A DNA stretch of 63,301 nt, filler included, from Octopus bimaculoides (lineage: Eukaryota): assembly GCF_001194135.2 (NCBI RefSeq). It is 4 parts of 4 records of this genome, joined end to end, with 100 filler letters (N's around TTAATTAATTAA, not from the genome) between each part and the next. Parts side by side here need not be neighbours in the genome. Positions count along the whole stretch, not along the records: positions 37,191 to 56,133 come from NC_068984.1; positions 56,234 to 63,301 come from NC_068983.1; 2 more parts are not named here. The stretch is one strand, 5' to 3'. Position numbers and translations under genes: made by a program. Positions within the stretch are counted from its first letter, which is position 1. Every line of letters starts with the position of its first letter. Below are positions 51,614-63,049 of the stretch, piece by piece. The notes under the pieces are model-generated. The model did no database searches, was not told the origin of the DNA, and saw only the letters and a program-made list of their open reading frames with translations.

Positions 51614-52325
51614 ACACATGCATACAAACTCATGTAAGTTCACATGCATTTACACACCTACACACTCATTTGTAACCATTTTTGTATATATAAAAAAGCA
51701 TGCATACAAACACTTATATTCTTCCTTATGTTACACTGCTATTTAACATAGCTGTACATACACAGGAATCATAGAGTCTGACTTTCACTATGCAGGAGAA
51801 GCCCTAAGTTACCAACAAAGATAGAAGCTCTCTGAACTTTGCTCAGCCCATTTTTATTCTAGCAATTACACTTTCAGAACTTCCTCTTCCACTATATATA
51901 TATATATATATATATACATATGTGTGTAGAGTGTTAGGTGTGATGTACAGAAGTAAATATTGAAAAAAAGTCATCAGAATTTTAGAATAACTTCTTTAAT
52001 TTATTTTATACATATATTAGCGCTTCCGTTCGTCTTTCGAACTTGTCAAATATAACTGTGAAAATACAGAGATCTAGCTTATTTATATAAAAGAGTTTTG
52101 GGGGGTTTTTGTTTATAACAGAACATTGTCTTGTTTTTTTGTTTTTTTGGGGTGAGGCTTTGGAGACAATGGAAGATGTATAAGCAAATAGATAGATAGA
52201 TAGGCAGATAGATAGATAGATAGATAGATAGACTGATAGTCAGACAGATAGAGAGATGGATGTGGTAAAAGAGAGAGAGAAGGGCCATTGTATTGAATTG
52301 GTCTTATATATATATACACAAATAT

Positions 52326-52447
52326 ATGACAGGCTTCTTTCAGTTTCTATTCACAAGGCTTTGGTCGGCCCAAGACTATAGTAGAAGACACTTGCCCAAG
52401 GTGCCACGCAGTGGGACTGAACCCGAAACCATGTGGTTGGTAAGCAA
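52326..52447 (-). mobile_element. SINE family A, 5' part
   Basis: Reverse-complement match. Confidence 0.8.
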
Positions 52448-52750
52448 CATAATCAATTAAAAAAAAAAAGGCAATGTATTAATAAGATGCTCAGAGAAAG
52501 AAGAGAGTAGAAGTTTCAAGTTTTGAGCATAGCTTTTCTTGGGAAGCAGAAAGAAACAGGAAAGTCAAGACAAAGGTGGTAAAAGAACCACCAACAATCA
52601 CGTGCAGTTACATCTTTGAAGTGACTAGAAATAGGAATGAAGAGAAAATACTTTCTGGAACAGGAGTGTGTGAAAATGGTCAGTATGCGTGTGGNNNNNN
52701 NNNNNNNNNNNNNNNNNNNNNNNNNNNNNNNNNNNNNNNNNNNNNNNNNN

Positions 52751-52786
<36 letters not shown>

Positions 52787-52814
52787 CAGAAAGAGAGAAA
52801 GAGAGAGAGAGAGA

Positions 52815-53040
52815 TCATTATCGTCGTTGTCGTTTGATGTCCGCTTTCCATGCTGCCATGGGTTGGACGGTTTGACTGAGGACTGGCGAGCTAGAAGGCT
52901 GGACCGGGCTCCAATCAGATCTGGCAATGTTTCTACAGCTGGATGTCCTTCCTAACACCAACCATTCCGAGAGTGTAGTGGGTGCTTTTTATGTGCCACT
53001 GGCATGCGGGCCAGTCAGGCGGAACTGGCATTGGCCATGC
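52815..53040 (-). mobile_element. RTE-type LINE 3' end
   Basis: Reverse complement of the RTE 3' UTR. Confidence 0.8.
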
Positions 53041-53188
53041 TTGGATGATACTTTATATATTTCACTGGCACATATATTTATATGTATTGGCAGTGGATCA
53101 TATATCTGAAAAAATTAAAGAAGTAATGGATTCACATGAAGTTAAATATATGTCCAGTCATACAATGACCAATGGTTTTGCATCCATA

Positions 53189-53225
<37 letters not shown>

Positions 53226-53227
53226 CA

Positions 53228-54483
53228 TCAGGTCATTAAGAACGAAATGTCTGATTTTGAACTGAAAGTTTATTTTACTGTATCTCAACAAAAAGTTGTG
53301 CAGTTAATCAAAGTATGCACCTAAATTATCAACACAATTTTTGCCATTTTATCAGTAGCTTATTTTTGCCAGCAGCAAAGAATTCTTGAGAGCAAGAGGT
53401 GATGAAATCATGAAAGGCTGATTTTGCATCTTCTTCAGATTTGAAGTTTTTTCCTTGCAAAAAGTTGTCTAATGACTGGAAAACATGATAGTCAGTTGGT
53501 GCAAAGTCTGGTGAATATGATGGATGACAGAGTACTTCCAAGTTCAATTCCTGTAACTTGAGTAGCGCTCTTTGTGCAACATATGTTCGAGCATTGTTTT
53601 GCAAGAGAATTGGCCTGACTCTATTGACCAATCCCGGTTGTTTAATTGCAAGTTCACTCATCATCCAGTTGGTTGATGTATACAACACTGTAATTGACTT
53701 ACCAGGTCTCATGAATATGTAATTGATGATACCAGTGCTGGACCACCAAACAGACATCATTACCTCTTTTTGGTGAATATTCTTTTTGGATTGTGTTTTG
53801 ACACTTTGTCTCTATACACTCATAGTGCAAAACACTTGCTATTGTTGATAAAAATCTATTTTTCATCACACGTAACAAGAAGATGCAAAAATGATTCACT
53901 TTTATGCTGTGACAGCAAAGAACAAGTTTCAAGATGACGCATCATTTGATGCTCATTCAGTTCATGTGGTACCCACTTGTCCACCTTCTTAACCTTGCCG
54001 ATTTGTTTCAGATGGTCTATAACATCAAACCTTGCTGCTAACTCATGTGTAGTTTGAGATGTATCCACTACAGTTTCCAGCTCATCATTATTCACCTTGG
54101 TCTCAGGTCTACCATGGGGCTGATTTTCAAGAGTAAAGTCACCAGACAGGAACTTCTCAAACCATCACTGTACCATGCGCTTATATGCCACATCTTCACC
54201 AAACACCTCGTTGATGTTTCAAGCTGTCTGGGATGCATTCATTCCATGACAGAACTCATATTCATAAACAACACAAATTTTTAATCTATCCATGGGTTCA
54301 CAAAAATTGATTTACGAGAGAAAACTCATAATATAATCAGACATCATGAATTTCATTTCGAAAAGTGTTGATGTAATTCTTCAATGTTGTAAAAGAAAGA
54401 ATTATCAGGATAAAGCATTAGAACTAACGATTGTCAAACGTGGTGCATAAGAAACTTGGACATTTCATTCTTAATGACCTTAA
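53228..54483 (-). mobile_element. full-length mariner (DD34D-type) fossil, ~1.26 kb
   Basis: TIRs TCAGGTCATTAAGAACGAAATGTC / TAAGGTCATTAAGAATGAAATGTC; pseudogene 54293 to 53329 with MDRLKIC...WFEKF.SGDFTLEN.P.GRP, WVPHEL, VTCDEK, LLQNNAR, HPSYSPDFAPTDYH; several stops and frameshifts. Confidence 0.95.
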
Positions 54484-54541
54484 TATGTGTGTTTATGTAT
54501 ATGTATATATATATATATATATGTGTGTGTGAGTGTTTGTG

Positions 54542-54636
<95 letters not shown>

Positions 54637-54640
54637 GTAT

Positions 54641-54805
54641 AAGCACCCACTACACTCTCGGAGTGGTTTGCGCTAGGAAGGGCATCCAGCTGTAGAAACT
54701 CTGCCAAATCAGATTGGAGCCTGGTGTAGCCACCTGGTTCACCAGTCCTCAGTCAAATCGTCGAACCCATGCTAGCATGGAAAGCGGATGTTAAACGATG
54801 ATGAT
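54641..54805 (+). mobile_element. RTE-type LINE 3' end
   Basis: Near-identical to 51436-51613. Confidence 0.85.
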
Positions 54806-55621
54806 GTATGTATATGTATGTATGTATGTATGTGTGTGTGTGAGAGTGTGTGTGTGTATGTGTGTGTGTGTGTGTACCTGTGTGTATAAATATATCTATG
54901 TATATAGACATTCATGATGATCTTTCAGTTTCCATCAATCATATCCACCTACATGCCTTTGGTCAACTAAGGTTAAGATTGATATGGAAGGTGGAGCATG
55001 TAAAGATTTACCATTGGTTGGTGCAGCAGAATTCATCAAATACAACTTGATTTATGTTGGTTGTTACAACAGAACAATTAAACAAAAGATTCAATAGGTA
55101 CAGGTATGACATCAGGCACAAAAGCAGTAGTTTGACAAATTGCGCGACATTTTACATCAAACAGCAGCAATTTTGAAAAAGGCATGATATTGCATATTCC
55201 CAGAAAATATTCTGAATCTAGTACACCTTCAGTCCTCAAAATGCATGAGGACAAATATGTTTGTGAGTTATTAGTATCATGCCCTGAACGAATGAATAAA
55301 ATGACAGGGGAATTTCATCATATTTACACAAAACTGTTTGACTGAATATTCATTTTCATTTTTTCTTTTTTCTTCTCTCTTTTTTTTTCCCTTCTTTTTC
55401 CTTTTGCCAGTTGTTAAATTGGTAATTGAAGACCAATGATGTCATACTGTCAACATAGGATTTCAGAATTTTTTTGTTCATATAACTTCGATTTCTGTGT
55501 ATCACCTTTCATATTGAACTCAACAAAGACAGGCAAGCTGTCAAAATATTGTTAAAACCAATAAACTATCAATTGCAATCACACTGCACTCTTCATATTG
55601 TCTAATAATAATAATAATAAT

Positions 55622-55828
55622 ACTATAGGCACAAGGCTTGAAATTTGAGAGAGGAGAATAGTCGATTACTTCGATCCCAACATTTCAATCGTTTTTAATT
55701 TACTGGCCCCTAAAGCAGAAAAGACAAAGTCGACCTTGACAGAATATGAACTCGCTACGTAAAGACGGACAAAATACTGCTAAGCATTTTGCCTGTAGTG
55801 CTAACAATTCTGCCAGTTCACTACCTTA
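55622..55828 (-). mobile_element. SINE family C
   Basis: Match to 12060-12280. Confidence 0.75.
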
Positions 55829-56343
55829 AATGATAACAATAATACAAATAATGATAATAATAATAATAATTAATTCGTTTTATTGGCCACAAGGGCTAAT
55901 ATCAAATAAAGACATATAAGGACAAAGACAGGACGAAGGTTACAAAAGGTTTTGTCCGAAAAGGTAGGAAAGTTCGTCTAAACAGAGGAAGAAAACGGAG
56001 AAGGATATAATAAATAAATAGATAAATAAATAGATAAATAAATAAGTAGAACTCCCAAAGGGGGAGGCGCTTCGAAAAAGGAAAGGTTACACGTGGAAAA
56101 ACCCATAAAACCACGGGAGCCTGGTCAGAAAAANNNNNNNNNNNNNNNNNNNNNNNNNNNNNNNNNNNNNNNNNNNNTTAATTAATTAANNNNNNNNNNN
56201 NNNNNNNNNNNNNNNNNNNNNNNNNNNNNNNNNATATATATCATAATTATATTTATTCTCCGATTTTGAAGTGACAATTTTAAGATATAAACAAATGACC
56301 GAAAAATGATGAGCTAACCTCAGGCTGAATCGAACCCATATAT

Positions 56344-56500
56344 TGGCGCAGGCGTGGCTGTGTGGTAAGTAGCTTGCTTCCCAAGCACATGGTTCCGGGT
56401 TCTGTCCCACTACGTGGCACCTTGGTCTAGTGTCTTCTACTATAGCCTGGGGCTGATCAAAGCCTTGTGAATGGATTTGGTTGACTGAAAGGAGCCCGTC

Positions 56501-56503
<3 letters not shown>
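56344..56503 (+). mobile_element. SINE family A, 5' half
   Basis: GGCGCAGGCGTGGCTGTGTGGTAAG head. Confidence 0.85.
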
Positions 56504-56542
<39 letters not shown>

Positions 56543-56716
56543 CAGTAGGATATCAAGTAGTGATGCAGTACGACCGTTTCAAGCGACTCCATTTAATTGA
56601 GCAATGCAATCATTACATCAATTTAAATGCAATGCCATCTTCAGCTGCACAAATAAATGAATAGAATTTTAACCAGTCAGACACATTAATATAATATTTC
56701 TCAAATATTTTAACAG

Positions 56717-56908
56717 AGCAATAAGATGAAAGAAATTCATGTTGTCGCTATTGTAGCTAAGAATAGACTATACTTCCAAGAATCACATGAAGCCTATTGG
56801 GGTCATAGTATTGTAAAGGGTTGTAATTCATTTCTAATTAATTTGTCTCTTTATCAACTACAAAATCTAAGACTAGAAGACTGTGTCTATTTGGAATATA
56901 AGGCAAGA
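56717..56908 (+). other. candidate 192-nt exon
   Basis: Acceptor TATTTTAACAG, donor AGA/GTGAGT, open phase 0-0 frame SNKMKEIHVVAIVAKNRLYFQESHEAYWGH...; no recognisable domain. Confidence 0.2.
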
Positions 56909-58256
56909 GTGAGTTAACAGCTCATGGCTAGGTATGGTCATAAATATTGTCATATGTATTCCTTTTCCTCAGGGAGGAAAGAAGACATCAGGAATAGTCA
57001 ATTGGATATAAAGTAACTGTCTATAAAAAGAGGCTAGGTAGGGGAAGACTTTAAATCATGATGTTAATTATCAGTTAAAGGGGCAAGACGCTAAGAAACC
57101 TAAGATTTTAATACAAACGAAATTTTATCTTGGGGCACTATGGGTGATTGTTTATAAACAATATTGTTATGTTGTATAAAAATAAAATTTAAGATTTTCA
57201 AAAATGATATCATAACAGAAATAAGTAAAATGTGTGTACATATCAATTATAAACATTAAAAAGGAAATATTACATAGAATTAGTTTAATATCCATTCATG
57301 TATAAAGACTGCTCAGGGCATTTACATATGGAATAACTGGAAAGATAAACATGCTATCTACATATTAATTTTAAGCTATGAATCAGAAAAAAAATAAAGA
57401 TGTGTACAGATACACACACATATTCATATATGTGCACACATGCACACATGCACATACACAAATATTTATACGTTTATATGGCTATAGTATAACCATCTCG
57501 CATAGACTTAAGTAACTGAAAGTATCTATTTAAGAACAGTAATAATTTATAAGAGATAAGAGGTTAATCGGTAAAGATATCAAAATTAGAAAACAAAATA
57601 ATATGAATTCATAAAAAAATAATAAGAAATACATCTAACCTACATTTAAAGAAACAGGGGATTAAAATTTGAGGTACAGAAGAGATAAAGGTAACCCTAA
57701 AAGAGGGGTTAGTAGTAGGTATAGACATAGTGAGGGCAGTTAAAGTTATTCAGACCGAAGAGATTTTTATAAGTTGTAATGTTACAGGTGCTATTGTATA
57801 TATTATTTTATAGTTTCTATAGGGGTATATAATTTAGTCGAGAGGAGACTTACTTACATAAAATCACTACAAATATACATATGATCAGTAGGGTAGAACA
57901 TCATAGAAAGGAAAATAGTGTAATCACCAAAATAGGATGAAGTCAGACTAACTAGGCAAGAGTTATCATGGGATAGCATTACATATAGCACACCACATAC
58001 CACAACATATAGCTTATAAGATATGCAATGCAATTTAATTCACCATATAACATAATATCCCTTGATTTTATTATATTTAATACTAGAGAGTAAGTTTATA
58101 ACGGATACGACACCAAATTTAATTTCCACATCAAAGTTCAAGTATGGCACCTATAATCATTAGTTTCGAAAATAGTTAAATGTACGGGTGACGTTATGTA
58201 CGCATGATACCCTTAGGTCTAATCTATTATTAATCAGGTTGCCCTTATCCCTATAC

Positions 58257-59297
58257 TTAAAAAATCTCATAAGTTTCCATAGAGCACAGCTCGCACCCGT
58301 ATCGACTATCTCTATAAGGCTGCACTCTCCGTATTATATCCCATTTAAGGCTAAATTCGAGCCTGCTTTCCTTCAGTTCCCAAATCTTGCTAGATAAGGA
58401 CGTACAATTGGATTTATGTTTGAGTCTAAAAGATGAAAAATGGTTAGTGATACGTTTTTTCATATTTATCGAACATCCTATATATATAAAGTTACCAACC
58501 TCAGTTATGATTGTACATTTATAAATTACGTTTTGGATCAGACATCTGCCTAATAACGGGCATTGGGATTTAACTCTACAATTGCAACCAAGAGCATTAC
58601 TACTATTAATATTATTGATATTCCTTTCATTGTTTCTATTATCATTATCATTATTATTATCATTATTATTATTATCATTATCATTATTATTATCATTAAT
58701 ATTATCATTATTATTCCTACTACTACTATCATCTATGTTATTTTTATTTCTGTTATTATTTATACTTCCTTCAACTGTAGTATCATTTAAATTCATCTCA
58801 GCATCAACAGGCATTGCGTCAGTAATCCTTGTGCTAGTATAAACTTCGGAGCCAAAGTCTATATTGTACATATTAGATGTGTTAGTACTGTTGTTTCTAA
58901 TTCCTACAACACCATTAATATAATTCTTATTGTAGGGGTTTAAACTAGTGTTGACAATAATATTATTATTATTAACTACTCTTGCCGATTCTATATTCTT
59001 TCTATTTAACCTGGTAGAATACGAGATTGGGGATGGTAGAATACGAGATTGGGGATGGTAGAATACGAGATTGGGGAGGGTAGAATATGAGATTCTAACT
59101 CTCTTACAGGAAAATATTTTATTATATCCCTGGGAAGCAGGTAAGTTTTTTTCTAAAATTGCCATAAGTTTCTTATATATGTTGGTGGATATGGCATAAT
59201 TGAAGGGAACATTATACCAGACCAAATCATTATTTTCAGACCTGTTACGTATGTAAGGGCGGAATCTACCTACTCTTTCAACGCCTTCCAAACTCAC
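58257..59297 (-). CDS. GIY-YIG endonuclease ORF of a Penelope-like element (Neptune-type Cys linker), no RT; C-terminus continues in a shifted frame to ~58165
   Basis: VWYNVPFN...TNIYKKL...KIFS...ISYS; CNCRVKSQCPLLGRCL; NVIYKC...YIGCS..KKRITNH..SF; TSLS..IWELK; CELCSMET; shifted frame gives KYRDKGNLINNRLDLRVSCVH. Confidence 0.85.
   Translation of the reverse strand: MSLEGVERVGRFRPYIRNRSENNDLVWYNVPFNYAISTNIYKKLMAILEKNLPASQGYNKIFSCKRVRISYSTLPNLVFYHPQSRILPSPISYSTRLNRKNIESARVVNNNNIIVNTSLNPYNKNYINGVVGIRNNSTNTSNMYNIDFGSEVYTSTRITDAMPVDAEMNLNDTTVEGSINNNRNKNNIDDSSSRNNNDNINDNNNDNDNNNNDNNNDNDNRNNERNINNINSSNALGCNCRVKSQCPLLGRCLIQNVIYKCTIITEVGNFIYIGCSINMKKRITNHFSSFRLKHKSNCTSLSSKIWELKESRLEFSLKWDIIRRVQPYRDSRYGCELCSMETYEIF
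59014..59094. repeat. 22-bp tandem repeat, 3 full units + 1 partial
   Basis: GTAGAATACGAGATTGGGGATG starting at 59014, 59036, 59058, partial at 59080. Confidence 0.95.
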
Positions 59298-59399
59298 GAC
59301 TTGGTTATTAGGTATGGCTATAACTAATAATCAGTATTTTTCTTATCATTAGATGGTGGCATAATCCGCTCAATCGCTTCACTACATTATATATAATAA

Positions 59400-59752
59400 T
59401 CTATATATATAAAAATGAGAATGTGTGTCTGTCTGTCTGTCTGTCTGTCTGTGTGAATCCCTAAAACTCGAGAACTACGCAACCAATTTCATTCAAATTT
59501 TACACATGCCTTACTTAGGGTTCCAGTTGTGTTTTAGTCAAAAATTTTTTTAACTTCTTGCAGAGTTCGAGCCCACGGCAACATAATATCTCCTCCACTA
59601 TTTAAGTATTACGTATCAAAAGTGAAACAAAAACACTAATGTCAAATACTTTCACTTTAAAAATGAAACTATTCTATTAACTGAAACAATCACATTTTGA
59701 TACTGTAATGACAGATACTTTCAGAGAGAGAACGAAAGAGAGAAAGAGAAAG

Positions 59753-59823
<71 letters not shown>

Positions 59824-60749
59824 NNNNNNNNNNNNNNNNNNNNNNNNNNNNNNNNNNNNNNNNNNNNNNNNNNNNNNNNNNNNNNNNNNNNNNNNNNNNN
59901 NNNNNNNNNNNNNNNNNNNNNNNNNNNNNNNNNNNNNNNNNNNNNNNNNNNNNNNNNNNNNNNNNNNNNNNNNNNNNNNNNNNNNNNNNNNNNNNNNNNN
60001 NNNNNNNNNNNNNNNNNNNNNNNNNNNNNNNNNNNNNNNNNNNNNNNNNNNNNNNNNNNNNNNNNNNNNNNNNNNNNNNNNNNNNNNNNNNNNNNNNNNN
60101 NNNNNNNNNNNNNNNNNNNNNNNNNNNNNNNNNNNNNNNNNNNNNNNNNNNNNNNNNNNNNNNNNNNNNNNNNNNNNNNNNNNNNNNNNNNNNNNNNNNN
60201 NNNNNNNNNNNNNNNNNNNNNNNNNNNNNNNNNNNNNNNNNNNNNNNNNNNNNNNNNNNNNNNNNNNNNNNNNNNNNNNNNNNNNNNNNNNNNNNNNNNN
60301 NNNNNNNNNNNNNNNNNNNNNNNNNNNNNNNNNNNNNNNNNNNNNNNNNNNNNNNNNNNNNNNNNNNNNNNNNNNNTTCAGATATACTTACATTGTGATT
60401 TCTGCAATGTGGTGCATAAATTGTCAAGTAAATGAGACGCATCTTTGCCTCCACTGTTTCACTTGCAAAGTGTTGAGTAAAATTATTTCGTTGCAGACCT
60501 CCTTTGGGTCTTTTTATTATCACTGCGACACACATAGTCCCCAGTTGGTAACATTGATTTCAAGGCCCTCCTAGATGAGAGACTGGCATTCCACTTAATG
60601 TCTATGTTCCATGCTGGCATGGATTGGAGAGTTATTAATGTAGAAATATGGTATCGTAGCTACTAACAGTTGAGGGTTGCGTAGTCTAGACGGCGTTTTT
60701 AGATTTCATTATTCTCTTCAACCCGGGCAAAGCCGGGTATTTCTGCTAG
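59400..60749 (+). mobile_element. non-autonomous Helitron
   Basis: 5' A/TCTATATATATAAAAATGAG; 3' hairpin ACCCGG-GCAAAG-CCGGGT (60721-60738) then CTAG/T; inserted between A and T with no TSD. Confidence 0.9.
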
Positions 60750-60861
60750 TTATTATATAATAATTATTATATAATAACAAAACAACAAAAGTCAAAAGGA
60801 CGCACACGTGGGTTGTATTAGCTTGTCGCTGAGTAGAAGATTGGAAAAAGTGTAGGTGTAT

Positions 60862-60890
60862 AACGTTTCGAGCATCGCTTCGTCAGGAAG
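60862..60890 (-). ncRNA. degenerate type I hammerhead motif in a Penelope pLTR-like segment
   Basis: Minus strand CUUC-CUGACGA-AGCGAUGCUC-GAAA-CGUU; AACGUU palindrome; stem II partly broken and stem I not evident. Confidence 0.45.
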
Positions 60891-60970
60891 AGGAAGAAGG
60901 GATGGTGTAGAGAAGGAAAAAAGGGTCCAAGAAAAGCATGTGCTTGGTTACATGACTGAAGCAGCCGGAT

Positions 60971-61046
<76 letters not shown>

Positions 61047-61719
61047 NNNNNNNNNNNNNNNNNNNNNNNNNNNNNNNNNNNNNNNNNNNNNNNNNNNNNN
61101 NNNNNNNNNNNNNNNNNNNNNNNNNNNNNNNNNNNNNNNNNNNNNNNNNNNNNNNNNNNNNNNNNNNNNNNNNNNNNNNNNNNNNNNNNNNNNNNNNNNN
61201 NNNNNNNNNNNNNNNNNNNNNNNNNNNNNNNNNNNNNNNNNNNNNNNNNNNNNNNNNNNNNNNNNNNNNNNNNNNNNNNNNNNNNNNNNNNNNNNNNNNN
61301 NNNNNNNNNNNNNNNNNNNNNNNNNNNNNNNNNNNNNNNNNNNNNNNNNNNNNNNNNNNNNNNNNNNNNNNNNNNNNNNNNNNNNNNNNNNNNNNNNNNN
61401 NNNNNNNNNNNNNNNNNNNNNNNNNNNNNNNNNNNNNNNNNNNNNNNNNNNNNNNNNNNNNNNNNNNNNNNNNNNNNNNNNNNNNNNNNNNNNNNNNNNN
61501 NNNNNNNNNNNNNNNNNNNNNNNNNNNNNNNNNNNNNNNNNNNNNNNNNNNNNNNNNNNNNNNNNNNNNNNNNNNNNTGATTATCTTGTGATACGAGTTT
61601 TCCGCCGTTGCGATTTTCAGGCGAGAACTCTTATTTGAACGTATGTGTGTTTGCGTGTTTGTGCGTCCGTGTATGTATGTGTGTGTGTGTGTGAGTGAGT
61701 GTGTGTGTGTGTGAGTGTG

Positions 61720-61763
<44 letters not shown>

Positions 61764-62354
61764 TGTCTTTGTGTTTGTGTGTGCCTTGCGTTGTTATTAG
61801 CTATCACAAAGTTCCAAATTAAACTACCCTCTTGCAAAGCCACCATCCACCATAGATAGTGCCTTCTCAAATCTCTAACAAATTTTTGCATGAAAACACA
61901 ATGAAATCCTTTGAATTAGAAGCAAAATTGCTAATGATTTGCGGAGACGATGACATCGGACGGAGACAACAAGCGAAGAACAAAAAACACACACTATATA
62001 AACAAAGAATATCCCTTCTTCAGCTGCATAATTAGAAAGCTTCTCAATTTCGACACTAAATTGTAGCACCATCCGACGGTATCAATGGTATTACTTACTT
62101 ATTTATTTATTTTTATGCTACATGGGCCACACACTAGCATAACTTGTACATGAGACAAAGTGAAAAATGAAAAACTTAAAAACATATTAAACGATCATTA
62201 TTAAACATATTCAAAGCGAAAAATACGTATATATTACATAGAGATAAAAATACATACGCCAGAATGAAAAACGGCTCTCTCAGAAAATGATTTGCTCCAA
62301 AGTTCTATAGAATGAGAAAGTCAGATACAAGTCGTTTAGCCTGGTGACTGAGAA

Positions 62355-62426
<72 letters not shown>

Positions 62427-62428
62427 GA
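62355..62428. repeat. (AAAG)n microsatellite
   Basis: Directly visible. Confidence 0.95.
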
Positions 62429-62980
62429 AACGGAAATAACAGGAGAAGGAACCCCAGCCTACAAGCGTAGGTTGACCTTGGGAGAGAAAGAGAAGAGACA
62501 TGTCAACGACAGAAAGTGAGATTGAAATGATTGAAAGAAAGCGGAAGAGCAACAACAATAACAATTGAAACATCAAATTAACAGCGAGTGGAGGAGGGTG
62601 TTCGTTGTATTAAATAACAAAACAAACATAACCCAACCAGTTTGCAACAACATGTCTACGATGTGCCTAAAACTGTATTAAAATACAGAGGTGTTTTAAA
62701 GTTCAATAAATCGTATTTCCATCTATCTTACGAACTCCAATTCACAACTCAACTGCGTCTCTGAAATAACGGCAAATTTCTTCAAAATTGTACTTTGTAA
62801 AGCTGAGAGATTCTTGGAAATATGCCTTGTCATTCCTACCATTAAATCGGTGGTTCTTAATCTCTTTCTTTTCCTTTTTTTTTATTGTCCCCACCTTTTT
62901 AAGTAATTGTTATGCCTAACGCCCACCTAAGTGACGAGTGACGGATGTATCACGACTAAACTAACTTAAAACATGGATGA

Positions 62981-63006
62981 TCTATATATATAAAAATGAG
63001 AATGTG

Positions 63007-63049
<43 letters not shown>

